Shown: piece by piece, positions 16,977-25,829 of the stretch | Numbering within the stretch: the first letter of the stretch is position 1 | How the letters are laid out: each line of letters starts with the position of its first letter | DNA from: Nanobdellota archaeon | GTDB taxonomy: Archaea; Nanobdellota; Nanobdellia; Woesearchaeales; GW2011-AR4 | NCBI GenBank assembly: GCA_038046385.1 | Contig: JBBSWH010000001.1 | Coordinates: 39,382-103,381, forward strand | DNA length: 64,000 nt | Direction of reading: 5' to 3' | Position numbers and translations under genes: made by a program | The notes under the pieces: model-generated | The model's database searches: none | The model's input: only the letters and a program-made list of their open reading frames with translations | What the model was told of the DNA's origin: nothing

Positions 16977-17030
16977 CGCAGACTTGCCTATTAATTACGA
17001 GGCGCAATTGCTCCGAGTGGCAAGTCTGCG
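16977..17030. terminator. 12-bp perfect inverted repeat abutting a stop codon
   Basis: cgcagacttgcc (16977-16988) / ggcaagtctgcg (17019-17030), 30-nt loop containing gcaattgc; starts 0 nt after the stop of the 17031 gene. Confidence 0.5.
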
Positions 17031-17552
17031 TTACCCGTACTTAAACTTCTGCAGCTTGAAGAATGACTGTATCCTCTTGAACAGCTCGCGCCCCTGCATG
17101 TTAACTACGCCGTCGTACCTGTCAGACCAATAACTGTAGATGAACCTGTCAATCAGCGTCCTAAAGAACCTGAGAACCGGCCTCGATTGCCAGTATGTTC
17201 CGTGCAGATGCGCTGATATGAAGCATTCAACAAGAATGTGAACATCTCCATTATTGATTTTGTACTTTTTTCCGTCTTTTTTGATAATAATCTCTTTAAC
17301 ATTGTCCATCTGCGCCCTTAAAACAACGTCTCCGTGATGATAATCATCAAGATGCGAATGGATTTCTGTAAGCCATTCAATTTTTTTGCCGTCTTTTGTG
17401 ACGTGCTCCATCTTTCTCTTATGCTCTTTCTCAAATCCGTTTTCCTTTGCCCAGTCATCAACTTCCTTGTAGAAATCCTCGGCCGAAAAAGGGCCGTTGT
17501 ACGCCATCCTTAAGTCATAAAGCACTTGTTTTTTTTCTGAGATTAAAATCAC
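17031..17552 (-). CDS. Uncharacterised paralog family protein (member 3 of 3)
   Basis: 173 aa. Shares Y.GP...DF(Y/F)..(V/I)D.W..E.GF.K...GK.IEW...DGKK.K...G.V.I...YW...P.L.F.R.L.D with 17549-18076. Confidence 0.7.
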   Translation of the reverse strand: MILISEKKQVLYDLRMAYNGPFSAEDFYKEVDDWAKENGFEKEHKRKMEHVTKDGKKIEWLTEIHSHLDDYHHGDVVLRAQMDNVKEIIIKKDGKKYKINNGDVHILVECFISAHLHGTYWQSRPVLRFFRTLIDRFIYSYWSDRYDGVVNMQGRELFKRIQSFFKLQKFKYG

Positions 17553-18076
17553 CCTGATGGTTTCGATATTACAGAATAATGCCTGTACATGTTAAGGAAT
17601 TTTTCTATGCTGTCATGAAGATGGTTTATATCGTGCGTCAGTCTCTGCTCAAACCTTTCTGTGTAAGTCTTGAAGAAAACATAGTCAAAAAGTGTCCTTA
17701 TGAAGTGCAAAAACGGTTTTTCATCCCAATAGCTTTCATAGTCAAACTCCATGAAGCCGTCTATCACTATTACTAATCTCCCGTTGTCAACCTTTTTTTT
17801 CTTTCCATTAACCATAGCATCGCTTCTTACAAAATCATATCCAATAACGCGTATCTTGACAATATACCTTATGTAATCTGTTATTTTTTTCCAGGGGGAA
17901 ATCTGCCATTCTATGAACTTGCCGTTTGCAGTGTTCTGCTCAAAATCCTTATCCTGCTTTTTGTCAAACCCACGCTCCCAGAGGAAATGGTCTATTACGC
18001 TGAAGAAATCATTCAGGTCAACTGGCCCGCTGTAATCCAGCTTCTGGTGGTCGACTACTAGCTTTAAGTGTCCCAT
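17549..18076 (-). CDS. Uncharacterised paralog family protein (member 2 of 3)
   Basis: 175 aa; 4-nt overlap with the downstream paralog. Confidence 0.7.
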   Translation of the reverse strand: MGHLKLVVDHQKLDYSGPVDLNDFFSVIDHFLWERGFDKKQDKDFEQNTANGKFIEWQISPWKKITDYIRYIVKIRVIGYDFVRSDAMVNGKKKKVDNGRLVIVIDGFMEFDYESYWDEKPFLHFIRTLFDYVFFKTYTERFEQRLTHDINHLHDSIEKFLNMYRHYSVISKPSG

Positions 18077-18157
18077 TTTTAGTAATTATTTTTTTAAATT
18101 ATCTTTGCTGTTTATTATTATTCAGTGTTTTTTCATTGTTGTTATTTTGATATTTTT

Positions 18158-18215
18158 CCGTTGCTTCGCAACAAACTCTTGGCTCGCCGCATTGCTCGCC
18201 TATTTATTATAATTT
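18158..18215. repeat. GCGAAGC-hairpin intergenic repeat, short copy
   Basis: gttgcttcgcaac (18160-18172) ... ggctcgccgcattgctcgcctatttattataa. Confidence 0.5.
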
Positions 18216-18219
18216 TTTC

Positions 18220-18783
18220 CTAATGCGTTCTTGAAAAGTTTCTGTGCTGGTTGCCTTCTGAAGTCATCTTCAGCCTTTCTTTTATCAAAGCATGCAATTT
18301 TAACACAATGTTATAGTAAAGTTCATCCCACCAGACGCCTTCAAGTTTTTTTCTGATAACATACTTGTTGTAGAAGCTTTTCAGATGGGCAACGAAAGCG
18401 CTTCTTTCCCATACTTTTTCATGATCAGTTGTTATTTTTCCGTGCAGCTGAATCCAAACTCTTCCTTTTGTCATTTTTTTCTTTTTTCCGTTTTTTGTTA
18501 CAATCTCTACATCATGCATATCGAAAGTCTCTATTGTGATATTAACAGACCATTCATAATAATCTTCAACAGCTCTTGTTGCTTCAAACATGTACAAAAT
18601 TTCTGATCCAAAAGGGCCGGGCCTCCTTAATCTTTGCTGCGTCTCGCGAAGCTTGAACTTCTTTTCCCTGAAAAAGTTTGCAATAGACTCATACAGATCC
18701 TGCATATCAAGAATTCCTTTGTATTGGACATAAACAGTAGGCGTTCCGGCTTCTGCATTGTGCACAAAATCCTCTGGCTTCAT
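18220..18783 (-). CDS. Uncharacterised paralog family protein (member 1 of 3, divergent)
   Basis: 187 aa; same central NGKKKKM.KG.V.I and C-terminal helical pattern. Confidence 0.65.
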   Translation of the reverse strand: MKPEDFVHNAEAGTPTVYVQYKGILDMQDLYESIANFFREKKFKLRETQQRLRRPGPFGSEILYMFEATRAVEDYYEWSVNITIETFDMHDVEIVTKNGKKKKMTKGRVWIQLHGKITTDHEKVWERSAFVAHLKSFYNKYVIRKKLEGVWWDELYYNIVLKLHALIKERLKMTSEGNQHRNFSRTH

Positions 18784-18972
18784 GGCAATACCCTGCTGAT
18801 AAAGGTATATAAATATATCGAAATGTACGCATTTCGAAGATTTATATTAGAAAATTTTAATGAATAGCGTACAAAAATTTTCTAAATATAAAGGTTGCGG
18901 AAATCGACTCATATAGAAAAGATTTATATATAAGTAACTGCCTTATAAAAATAAAAATAAGGTGGAAAATTA

Positions 18973-20403
18973 ATGAAAAAACTACTCAAATTCTCGGTTT
19001 TCGCTGCAGTCATGGCAATAATGTCCTGCTTTGTGTTTGCAGCACCATTTGATGCGACAGTAACTCCAATAAAAGACAAGATTGTTGTTGATGAGGTTGC
19101 AGAATTTAACATAACGATAGAGAATAATCTCGACAGGGCGCAGGAATTCACAATAAAAAAAGCCGGATATCCTTTCTGGGACATGTACACGCAGCCGCTT
19201 CAGAACCCAATCACGCTTAAAGTTGCTGCAAACAGCGCAGCGTCAATAAGTGTTTTCGTTGACCCGCTGTACATCACTTCAGTTGATACTTACACTCTTG
19301 ATCCGTCAATAGTCATGGAAAGCACAGGCGAGGAGCAAAAAGTAGCAATCACAGTCGGAATAAAATCCACAGACCCTTTGATAGGTGGGTACATCCCGAC
19401 AGTCTTGGCAAATATAGATATCCCGGAGAAGATAGACCCGAGAGACGAGTTTACAATCAAAGTTCTTCTAAACAACCAAAATTCCTTAGATTATCCTAAT
19501 CTGACCATAAAGGCAGAAAGCAAACTTTTCAAAGATGAGCTTAATTATCTGTTGGGCCCTAAAGAAGACAGAGTGGTTGAGATAAAGAAGAAGCTTGATG
19601 CAATGACTGCCCCTCAGAAAGATGACCTTGTTGTTGCTGTTTTCAGGGGCGACAGGATGATAGTCAGCCCAATTGTGAAAGAATTCGAAATAACGGAGTA
19701 TGTTGTTACAGAGCCGATGACAACGGAAACATCTTTCATGAAAACAAGAAAAGGGATAAGCCTTTACTCAAACAGCCCTGATTATTCCGGAGATGTTAAA
19801 ATAGAAACAACATCTCTGAAGAATTTGTTTACTTCAACAAATCCGAGAGCAAAGTTTGTGAAAGAAAACGGGAAAGAATATCTTGTTTGGAATGTGCATG
19901 TTGATTCGGACAGGAAAGCCTCAGTTTACATGACAGAGAATTACAGGCCGATACCAGTCATAGCAATTGCGGCAATAATTGCAATTGTTCTTTATTTCCT
20001 TTTCAGAAGCCCGATAGTTGTAAGGAAAAGCATAGCCAATGTCGGAATGAGCGAAGGCGGAATTTCTGAAGCAAAGGTTGTTGTAAGGGTGAAGAACAGA
20101 AGCAGCCACCAGATAACTGCAATAGAAGTGATGGACAACGCGCCTCATATAGCGCACGTTGAAAAAGAGCTTTCAATAGGCTCAATGCAGCCTAATGCAA
20201 TTCTTAAGCACCCGAAAGGGGGCATCGTGATAAAATGGAATGTCGAATCTCTTGACACAGGAGAAGAAAGGGTATTGTCTTATAAAATGAAGTCCAGGCT
20301 TGCGATACTCGGAGAATTAAGCCTTCCTGCAGCATCTGCAAGGTGCAAGGTCGGCAATAGGGTAATTATCACGCAGTCCAACAGGGCAAGCACGGGAAAT
20401 TAA
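18973..20403 (+). CDS. Single-pass surface protein with beta-sandwich (CARDB/COG1470-like) domains on both sides of the TM
   Basis: 476 aa; signal peptide; TM PIPVIAIAAIIAIVLYFLF near residue 330; ~120-aa C-terminal domain. Confidence 0.65.
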   Translation: MKKLLKFSVFAAVMAIMSCFVFAAPFDATVTPIKDKIVVDEVAEFNITIENNLDRAQEFTIKKAGYPFWDMYTQPLQNPITLKVAANSAASISVFVDPLYITSVDTYTLDPSIVMESTGEEQKVAITVGIKSTDPLIGGYIPTVLANIDIPEKIDPRDEFTIKVLLNNQNSLDYPNLTIKAESKLFKDELNYLLGPKEDRVVEIKKKLDAMTAPQKDDLVVAVFRGDRMIVSPIVKEFEITEYVVTEPMTTETSFMKTRKGISLYSNSPDYSGDVKIETTSLKNLFTSTNPRAKFVKENGKEYLVWNVHVDSDRKASVYMTENYRPIPVIAIAAIIAIVLYFLFRSPIVVRKSIANVGMSEGGISEAKVVVRVKNRSSHQITAIEVMDNAPHIAHVEKELSIGSMQPNAILKHPKGGIVIKWNVESLDTGEERVLSYKMKSRLAILGELSLPAASARCKVGNRVIITQSNRASTGN

Positions 20404-20463
20404 TTGTTTTATTGATTTAAATTCTTGTTATTCATTGTTTTTAGTTATTGAGTTTTTTACTTT

Positions 20464-20540
20464 TGTTCGGCTTCGCCTCACAATAATTACAGCTCGTTGT
20501 CGCTCCGATTGCCACATCGCGACAACTCGCCTATATATTT
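20464..20540. repeat. GCGAAGC-hairpin intergenic repeat, copy 2
   Basis: gttcggcttcgcctcacaataatta...gttgtcgc (20496-20503)/gcgacaac (20519-20526)...ctcgcctatatattt. Confidence 0.6.
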
Positions 20541-20687
20541 AACAGTACAACAAAAACCTGCATGTCAGAAATCATAAAGTCCATAATAATAGTTTTGATT
20601 TCTGAGCATGATCAAAAACACTTTTAGCACTTATTAGGGTGTTTTTGACATAATCTTTATAAAGCGAATAAAATACTTTTATTTCAT

Positions 20688-20835
20688 CCCCGCGTAGCTT
20701 AACGGCGGAGCGCTCGGCTGTGAGACTTTAAAGTCTGGCTAGAGATGCGCTCTAAGACCTTACGCTATTCTAGCGAGGAATGATAGAGAGCCAGTCGTGC
20801 CCGGGAGGTTGCTGGTTCAACTCCGGCCGCGGGGA
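20688..20835 (+). tRNA. tRNA-His(GUG), tentative, with ~75-nt intron at the canonical 37/38 position
   Basis: CCCCGCG/CGCGGGG+A acceptor, D-arm GCTT..GAGC, CTCGG-CTGTGA[intron]C-CCGGG, GCTGG-TTCAACT-CCGGC; no encoded G-1. Confidence 0.7.
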
Positions 20836-20933
20836 TTTTGGGTTAGCGTCATTGCTAACCCTATATTTTTCTATTAAATACCACTGGACATCTCCGCCTA
20901 AGATATTTAAAGCAAAACATCTTAATTCTCATT

Positions 20934-21557
20934 ATGAAAACAAAAATATTGAAATATGGTTTTAAGAAACTAACAAAAGCTAAATCCAGAATCATTGCAC
21001 ATTTGATAGGAGACGGCTGTGTTTACAAAAGCAATCATGATTATAACATTAAATATGAAGTAAAAGATCAAGAATCTTTAGATTCTTTTGAAGAAGATTT
21101 GATTTCCGTTTATGGCTTAAAATTAACTAAAGGATTTAAAAATTCCGGATTTACTGGCAAGCCCATCCCTTTTATAAGATTAAGATCAAAACTGGCTTAT
21201 GAGGACTTATTGCGCTACGCAACCTATAATTCAAGAGATTGGAAAATTAATTCAATAATTCCCCCTTCATCTAAAACAATAAAAAAAGAATTTCTCAAGG
21301 CATTGTTTGATGACGAAGGAAGTGTAATAATAAAAAGCAAAAATAGCGAAGTCAGGCTCTATTCAATAAATTTGGACGGCTTAACACAAATACAAAAAAT
21401 ACTGCTGGATTTTGGTATTAACACAAAGATAACTCCAGGATACGGCTTGAAAAGGAATGTGTATGCCGTAATAATTAAGGATTTAATGGCATTTAGGAAA
21501 AAGATAGGATTCAATTTAAGGAGAAAACAAGACAAACTTGATACCTTAAAATTCTAA
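20934..21557 (+). CDS. LAGLIDADG homing endonuclease, free-standing
   Basis: IAHLIGDGCV and LKALFDDEGSV double LAGLIDADG motifs; 207 aa. Confidence 0.8.
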   Translation: MKTKILKYGFKKLTKAKSRIIAHLIGDGCVYKSNHDYNIKYEVKDQESLDSFEEDLISVYGLKLTKGFKNSGFTGKPIPFIRLRSKLAYEDLLRYATYNSRDWKINSIIPPSSKTIKKEFLKALFDDEGSVIIKSKNSEVRLYSINLDGLTQIQKILLDFGINTKITPGYGLKRNVYAVIIKDLMAFRKKIGFNLRRKQDKLDTLKF

Positions 21558-21567
21558 AAAACCAAAC

Positions 21568-21575
21568 TTTATATA
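21568..21575 (+). promoter_or_regulatory. Archaeal TATA-box candidate for ppa
   Basis: aaactttatata; the same aaCTTTATATA-type motif recurs upstream of lysK, ftsZ and pop5. Confidence 0.4.
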
Positions 21576-21629
21576 CTAGCTTTCAAAGAAATTCATAATA
21601 AAATTTATTTTTAACAAGAGGTGAATTAA

Positions 21630-22175
21630 ATGGTTAAGCAATGGCACGATATACAGCTGGGAAAAGACATACCGAAAGAAGTAAATGTCCTGATAGAGAT
21701 TCCAAGAGGGTCAAGCACGAAGTATGAAGTTGACCACGAGCATGGGCTTTTGATGCTTGACAGGTTTGTTTATTCTTCAGTCCATTATCCTGGTGATTAC
21801 GGCTTTGTGCCGCAGACGATAAGCGGAGACGGAGATCCTTTGGATATACTGGTTTATTCAGAAGGCATTGTAATCCCGCAGACAATTGCCGCTTTCAGGC
21901 CGATTGGAGTCATGAAGATGATAGACAACGGTGAGAAAGACGATAAAATCATCGGCGTTTATGTAAAGGACCCTATGACGATGCATATCAAAGACCTGAA
22001 AGACCTGCCGGAGCATGCTTTGAAGGAATACAAGGAATTCTTCCAGACTTACAAGGATTTGGAGAACAAGAAAGTGACTGTGACAGGATTCCACGGCAAA
22101 ACCGTTGCTTATGGGCTTATCATGGACAGCATCAAAACTTACGAGAAGAAGTTCAAGAGAAAGCACAGGAAATAA
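21630..22175 (+). CDS. ppa: Inorganic pyrophosphatase (family I)
   Basis: KYEVD..G...DR......YP..YGF.P.T...DGDPLDILV pattern; SD agaggtga. Confidence 0.9.
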   Translation: MVKQWHDIQLGKDIPKEVNVLIEIPRGSSTKYEVDHEHGLLMLDRFVYSSVHYPGDYGFVPQTISGDGDPLDILVYSEGIVIPQTIAAFRPIGVMKMIDNGEKDDKIIGVYVKDPMTMHIKDLKDLPEHALKEYKEFFQTYKDLENKKVTVTGFHGKTVAYGLIMDSIKTYEKKFKRKHRK

Positions 22176-22176
22176 A

Positions 22177-23400
22177 CTATTTTATTTTTTTCTTTTTTGT
22201 TTCTTTTTCATCAAACACCGGAATTCCGTATTCGCCGTCATAGCCCGGCAAAAATGGAATCTTCATGCTTCTGTTGCGCATTATGCTGCCTGCAATCTTT
22301 TCAGTTGTTATCTTATTTATCTCTTTTTCATCAGCATCAAGCAGAATATTAAATTCATTTCCAAAAGCGTTTGTCAGTTTGTAATACTCTTCCCAGACTT
22401 TCTTGGAAGCAACAGGCGCTTTTATTGTGCCTGCTATGACTTCTGACAATGAGATTATATTTCTGAAAGGAACAGCGTTCTTTGGAACGAATCCTTCTTT
22501 TCTATCGGCTAAACTTTCTATTCTTTGCGCTACTCCAACAGTAAGCTTTTTTTTGCAAACTGGGCAGATGTCTTTGAGTTTTATTGATTCTTTTGGGGAC
22601 AGGCAGACTTTGCATGCGCGATGTCCGGTATAGTGGTATTTGCCTTCATGAGGCCACATTTCTATTGTTTCTGTAAATCCCTTTTTCTTTCTAATTGCGC
22701 CAAGCAGTTCATCATATTTCCATTTGATGTTGAATACGTTGCATTCTCTTCCAAGACGCCATGGCCAGAATGAATGAGCATCAGAGCTGCTTACCAAATT
22801 GTATTTATCTAATTTAGAAATGCGCCAGTTCATTGCCGGGTCGCTTGATAAGCCGGTTTCAATTGCATGTATGTGCTTTGCCTGGTCTTTGAAGCAGTCT
22901 TCAACAGAATCAAAGCCGGTTGCTGATCCAAACAAGCCAAACCATGGAGTCCAAACGTGCGCTGGAATTATTTCAATATCTTTGTCAATACTTTTCATCA
23001 TCTCGACAAGCTCAATGCACGAGAATCCGAAAATTGGGCGCCCGTCATAATCTAATCTTCCCTTCTTCAGCAATGCTTTGTTTATCTGCTCAACAACTTC
23101 AAAATTTCTTGCCAGCAAAAGTGAGTGAATACGGCGTCCTTTTCCATCCTGCGTGTACATATTAGAAATTTCGCCTTGCAGAACAAACTTGAAGCCGGAT
23201 TTTGACGTTAAGATTCCGGAACCGTCTTCCTTTAATTCATCTTTCAGCTCAGCAAGCCATTTTGGATGCGTAAAGTCGCCTGTGCCCAAAAGGTTCAGCC
23301 CTTTTAATCGCGCATATTTTTCTAAGTTTGTTAGATTTAAGTGCTTGCTTGTTGCCCTTGAAAATCTCGAATGAATCTGCAGGTCTGCGAATACTTTCAT
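22177..23400 (-). CDS. endoQ: Endonuclease Q (PHP-domain, zinc-finger)
   Basis: ADLQIHSRFSRATS, GTGDFTHP, PAHVWTPW, SSDAHS, LGRE, GKYHYTGHRAC..C...CPVC, GYDGEYG match the EndoQ layout. Confidence 0.8.
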   Translation of the reverse strand: MKVFADLQIHSRFSRATSKHLNLTNLEKYARLKGLNLLGTGDFTHPKWLAELKDELKEDGSGILTSKSGFKFVLQGEISNMYTQDGKGRRIHSLLLARNFEVVEQINKALLKKGRLDYDGRPIFGFSCIELVEMMKSIDKDIEIIPAHVWTPWFGLFGSATGFDSVEDCFKDQAKHIHAIETGLSSDPAMNWRISKLDKYNLVSSSDAHSFWPWRLGRECNVFNIKWKYDELLGAIRKKKGFTETIEMWPHEGKYHYTGHRACKVCLSPKESIKLKDICPVCKKKLTVGVAQRIESLADRKEGFVPKNAVPFRNIISLSEVIAGTIKAPVASKKVWEEYYKLTNAFGNEFNILLDADEKEINKITTEKIAGSIMRNRSMKIPFLPGYDGEYGIPVFDEKETKKKKIK

Positions 23401-23480
23401 ATAAATTGGAACTGAATAACTTTATTTAAAGGTTTCATAGAAGACAAAAGATTTTTATACTACTCAAAAATACTAACAAC

Positions 23481-23957
23481 ATGACAAAACAAGTCGCAAT
23501 TGTTGATGCTGATATAGGTTATGGGGTAATTGACGCAGTTTTGGACTCCACTAATCCCGTTACAACAAGATTTAGACAGGCCGACCAAGCTTTGTCACAA
23601 CTAAGAACGACAAAATATGATCTGATTTTAGCACGTTTAAGAATGGCACCGGGATTGAGTCCAGAACCAGCACTTAATGACCTATGGCGAGGTTCCCAGG
23701 GAGATTATGCCGTAGTATGCGAATATTTTCTAAGCCAGATAAGGGATGAAACATCTGCTAATAAAGAGACACCTATAATTGTAATGGATGTTGTTGCTGC
23801 AGAAGGAGACAGACTATTTCCAAATGCTGCAAGAAGAGTGATTCAAGCAGGCGCAAATGATTATGTTGAAACTAGGAATTTCCCTGAATTAGAAAGATTA
23901 ATAATCAAATATATTGGTGAGGGGCAGAAACCCGAGCTTAGTGATGAGCAATCTTAA
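23481..23957 (+). CDS. Receiver-like (CheY-fold) protein lacking the canonical phospho-acceptor context
   Basis: VAIVDAD..., YDLILARLRM (Ala-Arg where the acceptor Asp is expected), PIIVMD, GANDYV. Confidence 0.45.
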   Translation: MTKQVAIVDADIGYGVIDAVLDSTNPVTTRFRQADQALSQLRTTKYDLILARLRMAPGLSPEPALNDLWRGSQGDYAVVCEYFLSQIRDETSANKETPIIVMDVVAAEGDRLFPNAARRVIQAGANDYVETRNFPELERLIIKYIGEGQKPELSDEQS

Positions 23958-24029
23958 TCAGAGTCTTACTTCCAGTTGCAGTTTCATCTTCCCGCAACTT
24001 TTAAATAGTCCATTCTAAAATAAATATCC

Positions 24030-24620
24030 ATGGCATCAGACATTCTTTCAGAGTTCAATTCTAATGATGTTTCTCACTTTAAGAAAGATGCAATGCAGAT
24101 GGTGAAAGTCGGCATAGAAATTGACAGGTACTACGGGGAAGGCCATCACGACCTTGACGCTTTCATTCCAAAATATGAAAAACTGATACAATTATTTAAC
24201 AAAAAGTACAAAGGCATTGCAATCAAGACAAAAAAGACATCTGACTCTTTCAGGACAAGGCTTTTCGCAAAATCCAAGGACATAAAGGAATTCTTTGCAG
24301 AATCTGCGTCAAAAATACAGGGACTAAGGGCGATAGGAAAAACCGGATTCAATCAGGCAGATTCTTCCAATACAGAAGCGTTTGTTGCTTTGATAGAATC
24401 ATTGGCAGATTTTTTGTTTGTTTCATATGCCGACCCTGACAGGGGCACAAGCACGCTTGCGGTTTTTTACGACAAGAAAGAAAAAATGGCTGAAATCAAT
24501 TATAATCCTGAAGACATGATGAACGAAAACTCTGCATCGTTCAAGGTTTTTGCTTACTATGCACTAAAATCAGGAATTGACAGGAAAATAGATATTCTTG
24601 CAGAAGCATCAACATTTTGA
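24030..24620 (+). CDS. Hypothetical protein
   Basis: 196-aa ORF. Confidence 0.5.
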   Translation: MASDILSEFNSNDVSHFKKDAMQMVKVGIEIDRYYGEGHHDLDAFIPKYEKLIQLFNKKYKGIAIKTKKTSDSFRTRLFAKSKDIKEFFAESASKIQGLRAIGKTGFNQADSSNTEAFVALIESLADFLFVSYADPDRGTSTLAVFYDKKEKMAEINYNPEDMMNENSASFKVFAYYALKSGIDRKIDILAEASTF

Positions 24621-24750
24621 TTTACAAACTTGCTGAAAGAAAAAGAAAGGTCTGAATTCTCAAGAGAGTTTAAGTCTGAGTTTTTGGAATAATCCCTTAT
24701 AAAATGTTGTCCTGCTAATCTGATTCATCCTCTTTGGCGCATTCAAAGCA

Positions 24751-25719
24751 TTACACATCTGAAGAGAAAGGGCTCCAAACCATTACATACTCTTTTGTGA
24801 TTGTTGAGACATCATAATCATTGTACTGGTTTATAAACCTTATTCTGAACTCGTCTGTAATTTTCTTAAGCTCTTCTGACCCACTTACATGGATTTCAGC
24901 CAATACATCGTATTTTCCTAAAAGCTCTATCGCAAAAAGGCATTTATTTGTTGAATTGAAAAACCGGATAATCTCTTTTTTTGCAGAGGAATCTTTTAAT
25001 GAAATGTTTATCTGAAAAAACGTCAAGCCCAATTTATCGAAATTAGGGGAGGTTACATAAGCCAGAATAATATTATCCTTCTCAAGTTTTTTGAGCCTGT
25101 ACTTGACAACTTTATGGTCTATTTTAAGCTTATCTGCAATCTCAATCAGCGGCATTCTGGAATTTTTAGATAATGCCGCAAGTATCTGCTTTTCAATTCC
25201 GTCTAATTCATAATTACCCAGCTTTATAGGGTATACCCAGTCTTTATTTTCTTTGCCTTCATAGAGAAACCTTTGGTTAATCCTGTGGGTTGTCAAAAAT
25301 GTCACTAAATCTTTCTCTTGGATGTACTCCCCATACAATTCCATGAAATTATCCTGAAAATTGATTATATCAACAGAACTTTTTCCCATAACCAAAATGA
25401 AACAATCATAATTCCCTTCAATGCTTGCAAGATAAGCGATATGCTCCTGCCTGCTGACATATTCAAATAATTCCTGCTCTTTTTGCGGCGTTATATTCTT
25501 GAATTTTATGTAGAACTTAACATAGTACCAGCCCAGCTTGGAGGTGTTAAAAACAGTGTAAAAATCCTTGATTACCTTATTTTTAATCAGCCTGTTAATC
25601 CTAAAGTTAACGGTTTCCTTGCTTTTGTTCAGCTTTTTGGCCAGCTGGGATGCAGAGATTCTGGCGTTTAAATCAAGGCTGCACATAATTTTTTTGTCCA
25701 ATAAGTCTAAATTTTCCAT
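24751..25719 (-). CDS. Tandem Lrp/AsnC-family transcriptional regulator (two HTH plus ligand-domain units)
   Basis: LDKKIMCSLDLNARISASQLAKKLNKSKETVNFRINRLIKNKVIK and LDGIEKQILAALSKNSRMPLIEIADKLKIDHKVVKYRLKKLEKDNII. Confidence 0.8.
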   Translation of the reverse strand: MENLDLLDKKIMCSLDLNARISASQLAKKLNKSKETVNFRINRLIKNKVIKDFYTVFNTSKLGWYYVKFYIKFKNITPQKEQELFEYVSRQEHIAYLASIEGNYDCFILVMGKSSVDIINFQDNFMELYGEYIQEKDLVTFLTTHRINQRFLYEGKENKDWVYPIKLGNYELDGIEKQILAALSKNSRMPLIEIADKLKIDHKVVKYRLKKLEKDNIILAYVTSPNFDKLGLTFFQINISLKDSSAKKEIIRFFNSTNKCLFAIELLGKYDVLAEIHVSGSEELKKITDEFRIRFINQYNDYDVSTITKEYVMVWSPFSSDV

Positions 25720-25829
25720 ATTATTACTACTTTTATGATTAATATATAAATATTTCGTATTTTGAGTAAAATTAACATAAAAACTTTAATATATCTAATA
25801 TATGACGATTATTACTACTAAGTGATTAA
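25720..25829. promoter_or_regulatory. Divergent control region bounded by a 22-23 nt direct repeat
   Basis: attattactacttttatgattaa (25720-25742) and attattactactaagtgattaa (25808-25829); each abuts one of the divergent start codons. Confidence 0.45.

Noticed and set aside
20723-20797. C/D-box sRNA inside the tRNA-His intron
   Set aside because: Only a poor C-box-like aatgatag and no CTGA D box. The evidence is insufficient.
20780-20965. 61-aa ORF
   Set aside because: It spans the 3' half of tRNA-His and the downstream hairpin.
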